From NCBI RefSeq assembly GCF_006345805.1, contig NC_043018.1, forward strand, positions 7,502,001 through 7,566,000: 64,000 nt of DNA. Direction: 5' to 3'. The notes beneath the pieces are model-generated. The model saw only the letters and a program-made list of their open reading frames with translations, was not told the origin of the DNA and made no database searches. The translations under genes were made by a program, and so were the position numbers. Positions 1 through 12,458 of this stretch are shown here, in pieces (the stretch's first letter is position 1; each line of letters starts with the position of its first letter). Source of the stretch: Octopus sinensis (Eukaryota).

Positions 1-240
1 TAATTACATATCAAAACAGGAAATTGGAAAAAAAATTGCTATTATTTATTCACGATCAAACGTTTTTTTTATTTGTTAATAGGAGTTACACAGTTGTACT
101 CGCAGGAGAAATATGTAATACATCTCCTATTAGGAGTTCGTCCGACAGACAATGAAATACGTATTTCTTCTTCATGTACAATTTTGTAACTCTTATTAGT
201 AATGAAACACGTGTAATGGCGAATAACACCGAACTTTTTA

Positions 241-305
<65 letters not shown>

Positions 306-307
306 TA

Positions 308-650
308 CTCTTTCTTTTTACTTGTTCAGTCATTTTACTGTGGCCAACTAAAGCAACCCACCTTTAGTCGAGCACATCGACCCCAGGACTTATTCTTTTA
401 AGCATAGTAGTACTTATTCTATCGGTCTGTTTTGCCGAACCGGTAAGTTACGGGGACGTAAACACAACAGTATCGGTCGTCAAGCGATGATGGAGGGGCA
501 AACCCACACCACAACATATATACACACACATACATAATATATATAATATATTTATATACCAAAATCCACTCACAAAGCTTTGGTTGTCCAGAGGCTATAG
601 TAAAAAGGTGCCAAGCTACTTACCACACAGCACTCTACGCCTATATATAT
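308..650 (-). mobile_element. tRNA-derived SINE family S1 (internal CA/TA microsatellite), degenerate
   Basis: Matches the other S1 copies (GACCCCAGGACTTATTC, GCCGAACC..AAGTTACGGGGACGTAAAC, CTACTTACCACACAGC head remnant). Confidence 0.8.
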
Positions 651-724
651 TTATATATATATATTATATATATATATTATATATATATATTATATATATA
701 TATATAATATAATATATATAATAT

Positions 725-1055
725 ATAAATATTAGGGAAAAATCCCAATTTACAGGTAAAAATCAGATTTAGGATTAAATCCAATTTTATAGTAAAATAT
801 TATAAAATATTATTAGAGACAAAACACTATTTTGCAAAACAAAAAGGAAGACTTAATCAATACATAAAATTTTAATAAATAGTCAAAAAAAACCGCCACT
901 ACAATTGTTTCTTGTCTTGATCGACAATCTTCAGGTGGACTTCCAATAAGTCAGTTTCAAATTATGAAGTCTTTTTTTGACTATTTATTAAAATTTTATG
1001 TATTGATTAAGTCTTTCCTTGTTTGTTTTGCAAAATAGTGGTTTTGTCTCTAATA
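725..1055 (-). mobile_element. Penelope-type terminal repeat fragment with ~80-bp inverted arms (811-890 / 972-1054), in (TA)n
   Basis: Arms are near-perfect reverse complements; hammerhead motif in the spacer; (TA)n on both sides. Confidence 0.7.
896..938 (-). ncRNA. Type I hammerhead ribozyme, intact minimal core
   Basis: Minus strand CCAC-CTGAAGA-TTGTC gatcaa GACAA-GAAA-CAATTG-TA-GTGG: stems I and II perfect, palindromic stem III, GUA site. Confidence 0.85.
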
Positions 1056-1095
<40 letters not shown>

Positions 1096-1544
1096 TTATA
1101 TATATATATATATAATATCTATAATACAAAGCGGCTATAAGCTATACGCAATATAAAATCAAAGAGGAAAATTTCAGCTGACACTAATTTTGACTGACGG
1201 TGCAGGGTAGCCCCTACATTGCTAGAAGAAGAGTTAAAGAACCTTAGCCGCAAAGAAGCATATGAGTATGCACTGACAGGAGAGATAACCACCCCACACC
1301 ACAGCGAGCGAGGCCACTACACTAGTCTAGTTTCACTTAAAATTAAAGCTCATATGGTGTGAATGCGTCACCGCTGGATGGTTTAGATAAATCCCGGATG
1401 TTAGTATAAAGTATTTTACCATATGAATCAGTGGCTGATTCAGCAAAACGGTAATTCGAAAATTACAAAATAACGAACGCGGCTATAGACAATACAAAAC
1501 CATAAAACCAAAGAGGAAAATTCAACTGTCACTGATTGTGACAG

Positions 1545-1589
<45 letters not shown>

Positions 1590-1789
1590 ATATATATATA
1601 TATATAATATATATATATACATATATATATATATTTATATATATATATATATGTCCAACATTCCACTCTGCCTGCTACCAGCCATTGTCCACCATACACA
1701 CACATACACGCACACGCACACACTCACACACACCCCCTTGTCATCTCGCACACCTTTTTTACCATTCCTTCTCTGATTCAGCTCTTTTG

Positions 1790-1975
1790 TTTTTAAAAAA
1801 ACATTTTTCCTCCCTTTTGACCACTTCCGTCTTTTTAGTATGTTTCCGACGAAGAGCTCCGCTCGAAACGTCAAACCCTCCTTCTTCCCTTCTTTCCTGA
1901 GCGTCAAATATACTTTATTTGTTCCACATCCTTGCGTTGTTGTTTTTTTGTTTTCTTGTTTGGATTAATTTATTA
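1790..1975 (+). mobile_element. PLE-type terminal repeat, GAGC/GCTC hammerhead family (motif 1842-1876, U4>C)
   Basis: GTTT-CCGACGA-A-GAGC tcc GCTC-GAAA-CG-TC-AAAC; homologous to 38341-38560 on the minus strand. Confidence 0.7.
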
Positions 1976-1980
1976 TATAA

Positions 1981-2043
<63 letters not shown>

Positions 2044-2091
2044 TATATGTAAAATCAAATGAAATAAAAGAAACAGAACACAAAATATGTC

Positions 2092-2183
2092 GCGGTACAC
2101 GTGTTTCGAGCTTTATAAAACAACTTATTTTTACATCAATGTATAATCGACATAACAGATAGTTTAAAGCCCTCTTCAGCTGC
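2092..2183 (-). ncRNA. Type I hammerhead ribozyme with extended stem II
   Basis: GCAG-CTGAAGA-GGGCTTTA..~50 nt..TAAAGCTC-GAAA-CACGTG-TA-CCGC (one stem I mismatch). Confidence 0.75.
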
Positions 2184-2474
2184 AGGCAATTGCTACACCA
2201 AAGACTTGTATCCGTCATGTATGCATTTTCGGTGTGAAGTGCTATGTCCTTGGGAGAGAAGTTGGTATTGATCCTTTGTATCATTATTTTTTGTGTTTAT
2301 CAAGTACTAAAGTTTGTCGAGGTTATATAGGATCTGATCCAATTGACAACGTAGGTGAGGTAGGTACAATAAATTTAGGGTGAATACTTGATAAGTATAA
2401 GCACCTGTATATGCCAGCTAGTAGCAGAGGTGAGAGGATATATGTATCAAATGAAATAAAAAACAGAACACAAA

Positions 2475-2573
2475 GGATATATATATATAGAAATATACAT
2501 ATGTATATACATATATGTAATATGTATAATCCATATGTATATATATGTATGAATATATGTATATATACATATA

Positions 2574-2609
<36 letters not shown>

Positions 2610-2847
2610 TATAATATACATAATATATATATATATATATATATATACAATATACATATATATATATATATATATTATACATATATATATATATATATAT
2701 ATATAGTTATATATATATACTATATATATTATATATTATATATATATATACATATTATATATATATATATATATATACATTATATATATATATACATATA
2801 TATATTATATATATAGATATATATATATATATAATATACATATATTA

Positions 2848-2908
<61 letters not shown>

Positions 2909-3049
2909 CATATATATATTACATTATATATATATATATATACATATATATATAATATTATATAACATATATATATATATATATACATATATAATATATA
3001 TACATATATATAATATATATACATATATATATAGATATATATATACATA

Positions 3050-3093
<44 letters not shown>

Positions 3094-3430
3094 TATATAT
3101 AAATGCATATATTATGTAATATACATACGTATAAAATATATGTATATGTTTCCTTGTGTGTTTTTATGTTTTCGTTTCTCGTTGTGTTCTACGTTTATTT
3201 GTGGTGTCCTGTACTCTTATATATATATATATATGCATGTATATATACATATAGATGTAGGTATGTACATATATGTATGTATGCATATGTTTTATTTGTT
3301 AAATTGTTATTATGTATATATATATATATGTATGTATATATATATATGTGTATATATGTGTGTTTGCATATATATGTGTATAAATATGTATATATATTTG
3401 TATATATATATATGTGTGTATATATATGTC
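2475..3430. repeat. Compound (TA)n/(TATG)n microsatellite block
   Basis: Direct inspection. Confidence 0.95.
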
Positions 3431-3434
3431 TGTG

Positions 3435-3602
3435 CACACCTTTGAATACAATGTATGCCAGAAGGTTTGCAAATCTAATTGAGGCCTCAAAAGACATTTT
3501 TAGATCCACAAAGATCATAACTTATCTGCAGCTTTTGAGAACACATTGTCTAGTTTGAAAAGCCACATCAGATGTCATGATGGTTCGGTCAAACTCGGCA
3601 TA
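3435..3602 (+). pseudogene. RTE-like LINE 3' end, decayed C2H2 fingers
   Basis: Translates [21 protein letters not shown]...LKSHIRCH; parallels 5950-6175. Confidence 0.6.
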
Positions 3603-3676
3603 AGGAATAGAAAACCACCATAATATCATATATAGATATGTATAATATATATCGATTATTATAATATTATATATAC

Positions 3677-3715
<39 letters not shown>

Positions 3716-3816
3716 TGAGAAAGTGGTTTTTTCACTTTTTACTATTTTCTATATATATATATATATATATACCATACATGTATACATACATATATATATA
3801 CATATACACACCATAA

Positions 3817-3847
<31 letters not shown>

Positions 3848-4001
3848 CAGGTGTATATATATATATGTGTGTGTGTGTATATGTATATATATGTATGTAT
3901 ACTTGTATGTATGTATGTGTATATATATACACACATACTTACATATATATATATATATAATAATATATATATACACACACTTACATATATACATATATAT
4001 T

Positions 4002-4253
4002 TTTAATAATCTCCCAAAGAATCTGAGGACTTGCACAAAGTTGATGCAGCGGTTTTTAAATCAAAGCTGGACCTCTTCCTATCGAGAGTCCCAGATGAAC
4101 CTACCTCACGTCAAGAGGTGCAAATGAGTGTAGCTATATCAAACTCCATTCTTCACCAAGTGCCACATTTTAGAGGAGGCTCTTAGTAATAACAATGTAG
4201 CACAAAACGGCGGTGCATAAGCATGGTCGCAGATCTGAGCTTAAACAACAAAT
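4002..4253 (+). pseudogene. CR1/L2-like LINE ORF2 C-terminus plus 3' tail
   Basis: FNNLPKNLR../..[22 protein letters not shown] is typical of CR1/L2 ORF2 ends; tail GGCGGTGC..AGCATGG..GCAG. Confidence 0.7.
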
Positions 4254-5230
4254 ATATATATTATATATATATATATGATGTTAGACTGGGTGTTAGACTC
4301 AGATTTGCCTCTGAGTTTGCTGAGAATCCCATTACAGAAAAAAAGGCATCTCCAGAGTGAAAACCTAAAAGACTGTGGAGCTATGGTTCTTGTAAAAAGC
4401 AGTCTAGACGAAGGCCCTCTAATACAGTACAGTTGAAATAGCTACAAGTGAACGCACTCTTGAGTGTGTGTCAGCAAGTTTAATCATAGGCGTTTAGAGG
4501 GTGGCTTACGTGTCGCACAAGCCTATGTCACAATGATCCTATGGTGTACAGATGTCTCATCGCCGCATCTTCATCGCATTACTTTTTTTTTTTTAACTTC
4601 TGTCAAAACTCCCGTGGTGATGGTGGTGGTGGTGGTGGTGGGGCGAAATAGTGGTGACGTTTACAGACTTAATCAGTTGGAAGCACAAAGTCACGAATCA
4701 GTGCTTAGGCGGCAAGAATCTTTTGAACAATGAATAATGAGACGCCGGCTATCATATCGCGAGATGAAGCGAGGATCATAGTACATATATATATGTATAT
4801 ATATTATATATATATATATATATGTATATAATATATAATATATATATATATATATTATATATATATATATATATATAATATATATATTATATATATGATA
4901 TATAATATACATATATATATGTATATATGTACATATATATACATAATATATATACATATATATACAACACACATATATATATTACACACGCACACACATA
5001 TATATTAGATATATAGAAACATATAGATATAGATATCGATATAGATATATATATATACATATATATAAATATACCATATATATATTATGTATGTATGTAA
5101 GTATATATGTATATATATATACATACACATGCATATATGTATATATATATATATAGATAGATAGATAGTACCCACAAACGCACACCAAACATATATATAT
5201 GGACCTTCAATCAGCTGGTATATATATATA

Positions 5231-5265
<35 letters not shown>

Positions 5266-5949
5266 GTGTATATATATATATATATATATAATATCATATT
5301 TATGTATCTATATGCGTGTGTGTAGATATAAATATGTGTATATAATAGGCATACATATATATATATATTATAGATATATATATTATATATACATACACAT
5401 CTATATATACATAGATATATAAATATTGCATATACATACACACGTACACGCACACAAACAATTATATATATATGCATATATAAACATAAATATATATAGA
5501 CACATATATACACACACCCAAATTTGCATTATTTTATATCATATTTCACAAAGCTCTTTATCTGTGAAGTCTTCTCTTTTTAGCACGTAGATAATCGTGA
5601 AGAAGTTCAGGTTCAAACAAAACACACGAAACTATAAATCAGCATCCAGTCATAGAGAGATCCTTTATAGTTATGTTTTTGTCGAAGAATCTACTTAAGA
5701 GTCCATTAAAAGAATGGCTTACACCAGCATAAATTAACATAATTATGTGGAAACATAATTATGTGGAAAACGACAATCAGAAACAACTCTAGCTCTATGT
5801 ATGTATGTATGTATGTATGTATGTATGTATGTATGTATGTATGTATGTATGTATGTATGTATGTATGTTTGTATGTATGTATGTATGTATAAACAGATAT
5901 ACACATATGCATGTATATACACACGTAGATATATATATATATATATATA

Positions 5950-6175
5950 TGTGGAAAAGAGTGTAATTCGGCAGGAGGACTTAAACCATATGCAAAGGTA
6001 CATGAAGCCCAGTTACAACTACAGCCGGCTATTACCGGTAAATGTTTTAGTTGCCAATTCTGTACAAGACATTGCAGAGCTTTAGCTGGGCTAAAAAGTC
6101 ACATTCGATCACAGCACCAGTAACTGTTAAGCTTCGTGCAATGGTCATACTCGATAACGAAGGGGCAGCCATAAT
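5950..6175 (+). pseudogene. RTE-like LINE 3' end encoding two tandem C2H2 zinc fingers
   Basis: CGKECNSAGGLKPYAKVH...CQFCTRHCRALAGLKSHIRSQHQ* (stop 6121-6123), then RTE-like ATGGTCATACTCGATAACGAAGGGGCAGCC tail. Confidence 0.7.
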
Positions 6176-6467
6176 AAAAAAAAGATATATATATATATAT
6201 CAAAATCAAAATCAAATCAAATATATATATATATATATATATATATTACATTTATACTTACATATGTGTTATACATATGAATACATGACCACACGTACTT
6301 ATATCTATATAGAGTCATATACAGAAATGCATATATGAATATATACATATATATGTGTACATACACATATGCGCATAGACATATACATTTTCATACAAAC
6401 ACACGGACACACGGACTTATATGTGTATATATAATGTACATATTATACTATATATATATATATATGA

Positions 6468-6513
<46 letters not shown>

Positions 6514-7560
6514 AGGAAAATTTTTTTTTAAAAATGCAGAATGCTCAAGATCAAACTCCTTTCTCTACCTCACTCTTCATGGATTGACTAACACAAATAT
6601 ATACAGATACCATGCATTCATCACTTCAAGCTAAAACTTATATTCTTTAAATATCATTTTTACTATTGTTGTTATTACTATCATTTTTATTATAAATGAT
6701 ATGACAATTTGAAATGCAATTGTCTATGCAGATTTATATTATTAGAAAATAATATAAATAAAGTGTTAAAATCTGAAAGTTAAGTTAACAACAATTATAT
6801 AAAAAAGATAATGCAAATGAAGCTAAAATGATAGTTTTATAATTTGGGTTTATTGAAGAACTCAAAGAGTTGTCTCCCCTTACTCACAACACAGGAACTG
6901 AAGAACCAGGACCACAATTACTACTACTTCCTGTCCTGCAAACATGCTGAATTTACAACACAACACAACACATGCTCTTAATCCCTTTGGATCTTACACC
7001 TCAAGGTAATTTTTTGGTAAACAACCATAAAACTCAAGATACACAACGAACTCACAATGTATCGGAGAACTTAATTTTTAATTTTTGTACATTTTTATCA
7101 TTATTCTTTTACAAAAAACCATGCAATTTTCTTTTTTTCCCCTTTCTATTTAATTAAAAAAAAACTTCTTAAAGCATAAATATTCTTGACAAGTCATACA
7201 TGACGAAAACCGGTTGAATAATATATATTTATATATTATCATTTTCTCATTTTTTAAAATTTTCTTTCATTTGAGCATTCTGCATTTTTAAAAAAATTTT
7301 TCCTTACTTATCATTTCTCCACGTGCGGTCAACACAACCCCACCATTTATTGATCTATATATATATATAGAGAGAGAGACATATATACATATGCATATAT
7401 ATACATGTATATATATACATATATATATATATACATATATATGTATATATATATGTATATATATACATGTATATATATGCATATATATATATATATATTT
7501 ATATGTATGTGTATATATGAATATGTATATATATATGTATATATATATATACTTTTAATT

Positions 7561-7702
7561 GAAGCTACAAAAGTTATCACAGAACTTTTACTCAGAGATT
7601 CACGTCTCCGTTCGTCGACATTTGTGATGATAACTGTCTAAGAAACAAGAATGTGAAACTCTGAGTAACAGTTTTTTGTGATAATCTTGCAGCTTTGACT
7701 AA
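7561..7702 (+). mobile_element. Short inverted repeat with decayed hammerhead (7632-7673)
   Basis: 7561-7603 is the reverse complement of 7654-7697; AACTGT-CTAAGAA-ACA agaa TGT-GAAA-CTCTGAG-TA-ACAGTT. Confidence 0.55.
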
Positions 7703-7905
7703 AGCATATTACTCTACCTTTGGCATTTGAGTCCTACTTTTACCACCTTTGCACTTATGTACTCACCTGCATATGTATGCCTGCATATAAGAACGAGATA
7801 TTAGTCTTGAAGATGTTATTTCGTTTTTTTTGCCGGTCACGCTTGAATTGTTGTTGAGAATTTTTAAAGATGTATTTTAATAAATATAATAATAAATAAA
7901 TAATA

Positions 7906-8005
7906 NNNNNNNNNNNNNNNNNNNNNNNNNNNNNNNNNNNNNNNNNNNNNNNNNNNNNNNNNNNNNNNNNNNNNNNNNNNNNNNNNNNNNNNNNNNNNNN
8001 NNNNN
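7906..8005. other. Assembly gap (100 N)
   Basis: N run. Confidence 1.
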
Positions 8006-8117
8006 TCAGATGAATATGGTACTTAAGTTGAGGCACCAGAACTTAGTATGGTATTATCCATACAATCTCAAAGTAAGGTGATTAAAATCAAAATAAGCAA
8101 CAAGGATATCCAGTAAT

Positions 8118-8202
8118 GCAGTACGATCGTTTCAAGCAATACCATTTAATTGAACAATGAAATAATTACATCAATTTAAAATGTAGCGCAATCTTCAGCT
8201 GC
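8118..8202 (-). ncRNA. Type I hammerhead ribozyme with extended stem II
   Basis: GCAG-CTGAAGA-..long imperfect stem..-GAAA-CGATCG-TA-CTGC; first two stem II pairs are U-U mismatches. Confidence 0.7.
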
Positions 8203-8349
8203 TCAAAGCCATAGAATTTAATTAAATTAGAACAGATGGACACATTAGTATAATTATACAAAAAAATCTCCAAGAAGTTTAGGAGATAGGCAAAGAACAT
8301 GTTGTTTCTACTTCTACTGTGCTGAAGTAGAAACAACATATATATATAT

Positions 8350-8568
8350 ATACTTTATCTTTTACTTGTTTCAGTCATTAGGCTGCGGGCATGATGGAGC
8401 ACCACTTTGTAGAATTTTTTGCAGTCGAATGTATCGACCCAAGGACTTATTTCTTTGAAGCCTTGTACATATTCTATGAGTTTATTTCACCGAACCTCTA
8501 AATTACGAGGACGCAATCACACTAACATCGGTTGTCAAACCGTGGTGGAGACAAAAACAGGCACAAAG

Positions 8569-8619
<51 letters not shown>

Positions 8620-8795
8620 CCACATATATACGACGAACTTCTTTGAGTTTCTCTCTACGAAATTCACTCGAAAGTCTTTGGGTGACCCAAGGTTATACTA
8701 GAAGACACTTACCCAAGGTACCACGCAGTGGAACTGAACCTGGAACCATGTGGTTGGGAAGCAAGCTTCTTACCACAAAGTTACGCCCGCTCCCC
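8350..8795 (-). mobile_element. SINE S1 copy with internal (CA)n
   Basis: Tail, body and head homologous to 26435-26830. Confidence 0.85.
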
Positions 8796-8833
8796 TACAC
8801 ACATCTCTCTATCTGTCTGTCTGTCTGCCTCTC

Positions 8834-8902
<69 letters not shown>

Positions 8903-8942
8903 TGAGTGTGTGTGCGTATGTGTGTGTGTGTGCATGTGTGTG

Positions 8943-8980
<38 letters not shown>

Positions 8981-9504
8981 GATATAGATATAGATATATA
9001 TAATATTTATCTTTTATTTCGGAGCCAAAAATAAAAATAAAAATAAAACAAAAGCAAACTGGTAAAAAAAAAAACTACAATAATAATAGAATAATAAACA
9101 AGCAAATAAACAGACTTAATAAATAAATTTTTATAAACAACACAAATTAAATATTTTATGTTGGTAAAAAAATGAGTAGGAAGAAATATGAATTTATTTA
9201 TTGCTTTGGTCTTTCAATTACTCATCCACTAATATGTATATACTGTATGCGCAGGTGCAGGTATGGCTGTGTGGTTAAGAAACTCGCTTGGCAACCAGGT
9301 GGTTTCGGGTTCAGCCCACAGCGTAGGCACCTTGCGGTGAGTGTTATCTTGTAAAGCCTTGTGTCGACCAATATTTATTGGAACCCAGTTTCCGGTAGCC
9401 ATCCTGGACTTCTTGCATCATCTCCATTCGGTTAAATGTGCTTGATGAGCCAGGTTTCTGTAAGGAGCATACGAAACAACAACAACAACAACAACAACAA
9501 AAAC

Positions 9505-10185
9505 AATTATCCATTGCACAAGGCCTGAAATTTGGGGGAGGGGAATTTGTCGATTACATTGGTACTTAATTTATCAAATAATTTATTAAATACCTATTTC
9601 TTTACTATCCACAAGGGGCTAAACACAGAGAGGACAAACAAGGACAGAAAAACGGATTAAGTCGATTACATCGACCCCAATGCGTAACTGGTACTTATTT
9701 AATCGACCCCAAAAGGATGAAAGGCAAAGTCGACCTCGGCGGTATTTGAACTCAGAACGTAGCAGCAGACAAAATACCGCTAAGCATTTTGTCCGGCGTG
9801 CTAACGATTCTGCCAACAACAAAAATAATAATTATTATTATTATGAATTCAAATTGTGGCACAATGCCAGCAATTTAGGGGGAAGGGTTCAAGTCGATTA
9901 AATCGTCACCGGTGCTCCACTGGTGCCTGTTTTATCAACTCTAAAAGGATGAAGGGCAAAGTCAACCACGGCGGCATTTGGGGCTCAGAATATAGAGACG
10001 GGCGAAATATTGTTAAGCATTTTGCCCGGTGGGCTAGCGATTCTGCAAGCTTACCACCTTGACAACAGCAACAACTACAACAACACCAATATAAGTCCTT
10101 TCTTCTGGAGGCACAACCGGTACTTAATTTATCGACCCCGAAAGGTGGACCTCGGCGGAATTTGAATTCAGAATATGAAGATAGA
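9505..10185 (-). mobile_element. Cluster of SINE family S3 copies (GGCAGAATCGTTAGCA head, GTTCAAAT B-box)
   Basis: Repeated CCCCGAAAGGATGAAAGGCAAAGTCGACCTCGGCGG core. Confidence 0.85.
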
Positions 10186-10187
10186 CG

Positions 10188-10745
10188 AAAAGTTTTCCTT
10201 TGCTTGGTGGCTGTGGCGAAAGAGGTTGTTTGGTGGACAAGGCAGAAATGTATCGAGGGCAGATAGATTCCCCTTTGGTAGGGCTCTCATTGACTTCTTC
10301 AAGTTTCACTGGAAAAGGAAATTGAGAGTGGAGTGGGATGTGCTGACCTCGAGTTAGTTTATTGAAAAGTTGGTGAAAGTTGCCAAAAATGGCAAGAGTA
10401 GATGGTAGATCTCTAAGTGTAGGCCTGTGAGTCGGAGAGAAGGAATCGGAAAGGGCACTTGCTCCTAAGGTTTCAGTGAAATCTCGGACAGTGAGGTTCC
10501 TCGATTATCCCTAGAGACCTTCTTGTATCAGGAGGGCCACATCTCTATCATCCTCCCCGTCACTTTATTTAAACCTTAATATGCAATGCATGTCTCTTCT
10601 TTTTCAGTGTATATCGTGTATACTTTCTTCCTTCCTTTCATTTTTTATTATTTTTTATTTTTTATCATTTCATATATGTAAACCACAACGCTTTATGTCT
10701 GCCGTTGTATTGTCCCCTCATCCTTCATCCTTGTGGAAAATAAGG

Positions 10746-10770
<25 letters not shown>
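10188..10770 (+). pseudogene. Tx1/L1-clade LINE 3' end with (ATC)n tail
   Basis: WWLWRKRL..LIDFFKFHWKRKLRVEWDVL..FIEKLVKVAK resembles a Tx1-type ORF2 C-terminus; pyrimidine-rich 3' UTR. Confidence 0.55.
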
Positions 10771-10780
<10 letters not shown>

Positions 10781-10794
10781 GTTGTTGTTGTTAT

Positions 10795-11410
10795 TTACTT
10801 TTAATCTGCATGTTTGATACAATCACTTGCCGAGACACACCCAGCGTCCTAGGGTGAGTGAATGATAAGAGACGCTACAGTATGACTGAAAGCTTGGGGA
10901 GGGGAAGTGGCAGGGGCAGTAGTGAAATATCTTCATGTAATACAACACAGACATTTAAATTGCGCTTTTCTAGGGATGTGGGCAGTACTTGTCAGCACAG
11001 TCTTTTGGATTTCTCGGACACATGGTTCTCCTGGGATCTTAACTCGATGTTTCTGACATCCCTTTCTTATCATACTTAGGCCACCTTCATTAACAAGAAC
11101 AGTTCTCGCTTTGAGATACCACATCTTCTGTATTTCAATTTCCAGGTCCTTATATTTACTTAATTTGTCAAATTCCTTTACAGATGTGTTTTTATCAGTG
11201 GGAACACTTACATCTATTAGTCTACAAGTATTTTCTTCCATGTCTTTAATAATTATGTCTGGTCGATTAGCCTGAATCGTTCTGTCAGTGTTGACTGGAA
11301 AATCCCCGAGGATAGCGACATTTTTAGGTTCAACCACTGACTCAGGATGATGTTCATACCAGTAAGCAGGAGTGATGATTTTGTAGTGCTTACATATTTT
11401 CTAATCTAAA
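10795..11410 (-). pseudogene. R4/Dong-clade LINE 3' fragment (restriction-like endonuclease)
   Basis: ICKHY..WYEHHPE..ANRPDIIIKD..LIDVSVP..KLSKYKDLEIEI (PD-(D/E)xK REL motif). Confidence 0.9.
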
Positions 11411-11477
11411 TGCTGCCGTACCTTATTGTATTCGTTTGGTGTCATTATCATTATTATTTTTTTTTCTGTGGCTGTAT

Positions 11478-11825
11478 AGGCGCCAGGTTAGCTATGTGGT
11501 TAAGAACGCTTTGCAACAACGTGGTTACGGGTTCAGTTCCACTGCCTGACGCCTTGGACAAGTGTCTTCTACTCAAGCCCCTAGTGAATTTTAATCGACA
11601 GAAATTGTGTGAATGTCCATTCTGTATGTGAGTGTCCTGATGGCCGCTTTACAACCAGTGTTGCTTTGTTTACGTTCTCATAACTTGGCAGTTAGTCAAA
11701 AGAGAAAGATAGAATAAGGCCCATGCTTTAAACATAAGTACTGGATCGATATTTTTTCAACAATAACCCTTGAAAACGGCGCCCCAGTATGGCTCACAGT
11801 TTATTGACTGAAACAACTAAAATAT
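11478..11825 (+). mobile_element. Degenerate SINE S1
   Basis: tRNA-like head (CTATGTGGTTAAG..GGGTTCAGTTCC) and S1 tail remnant. Confidence 0.65.
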
Positions 11826-12164
11826 CTTATAAAGCTGAAAACTACTTTCTTTTAATTCCACATTGGAACCATTCCACAAATCCACTTCATTTAAAATAAA
11901 AATGAAATTAATGTATTTTCTCGTGCTGAGATGGAGGAAATCTCAATATTTTGAACAGTGGCTCTTTATCAAGACAGAAAATGGAAAATATAAAGAAAAG
12001 AAGAAATAGGCTGCGTACATTGCCTACTTCTTATTGTTACTGTTTTATAACCTTTAGACAGCTATTATCGAGCAGTTATTGTGAAGACTTAGGTTCAATT
12101 CTTTTTGTGCTCTCGAGAACATTGGACAGCAGGTTGATGCCACTGATTTATGTTACTCTTTTAC

Positions 12165-12419
12165 TCTTTACTCTTTTACTTGTTTCAGTCATTTGACTGC
12201 GACCATGTTGGAGCACCGCCTTTAGTCGAGCAAATCGACCCCAGAACTTATTCTTTGTTAAGCCTAGTACTTATTCTATCGGACTCTTTAGCCGAACCGC
12301 TAAGTTACGGGGACGTAAACCACCAGCATCGGTTATCAAGCGATGTTGGGGGGACAAACACATACATACATACATAATTACATACATAACACATACATAC
12401 ATACATACATATATACTAT

Positions 12420-12458
<39 letters not shown>

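Noticed and set aside
70-222. Long hairpin followed by GAAACACGTGTAATGG (3' half also at ~35826)
   Set aside because: The 5' catalytic half is absent; at most a truncated hammerhead, so it was not counted
6895-6955. CTGAAGA with a CAGGAC/GTCCTG stem
   Set aside because: CAAA instead of GAAA, and no stem I pairing
9372-9465. Candidate minus-strand exon (KPGSSSTFNRMEMMQEVQDGYRKL) or APE motif LTETWL in another frame
   Set aside because: Good acceptor but no convincing donor, and no recognisable protein; ambiguous
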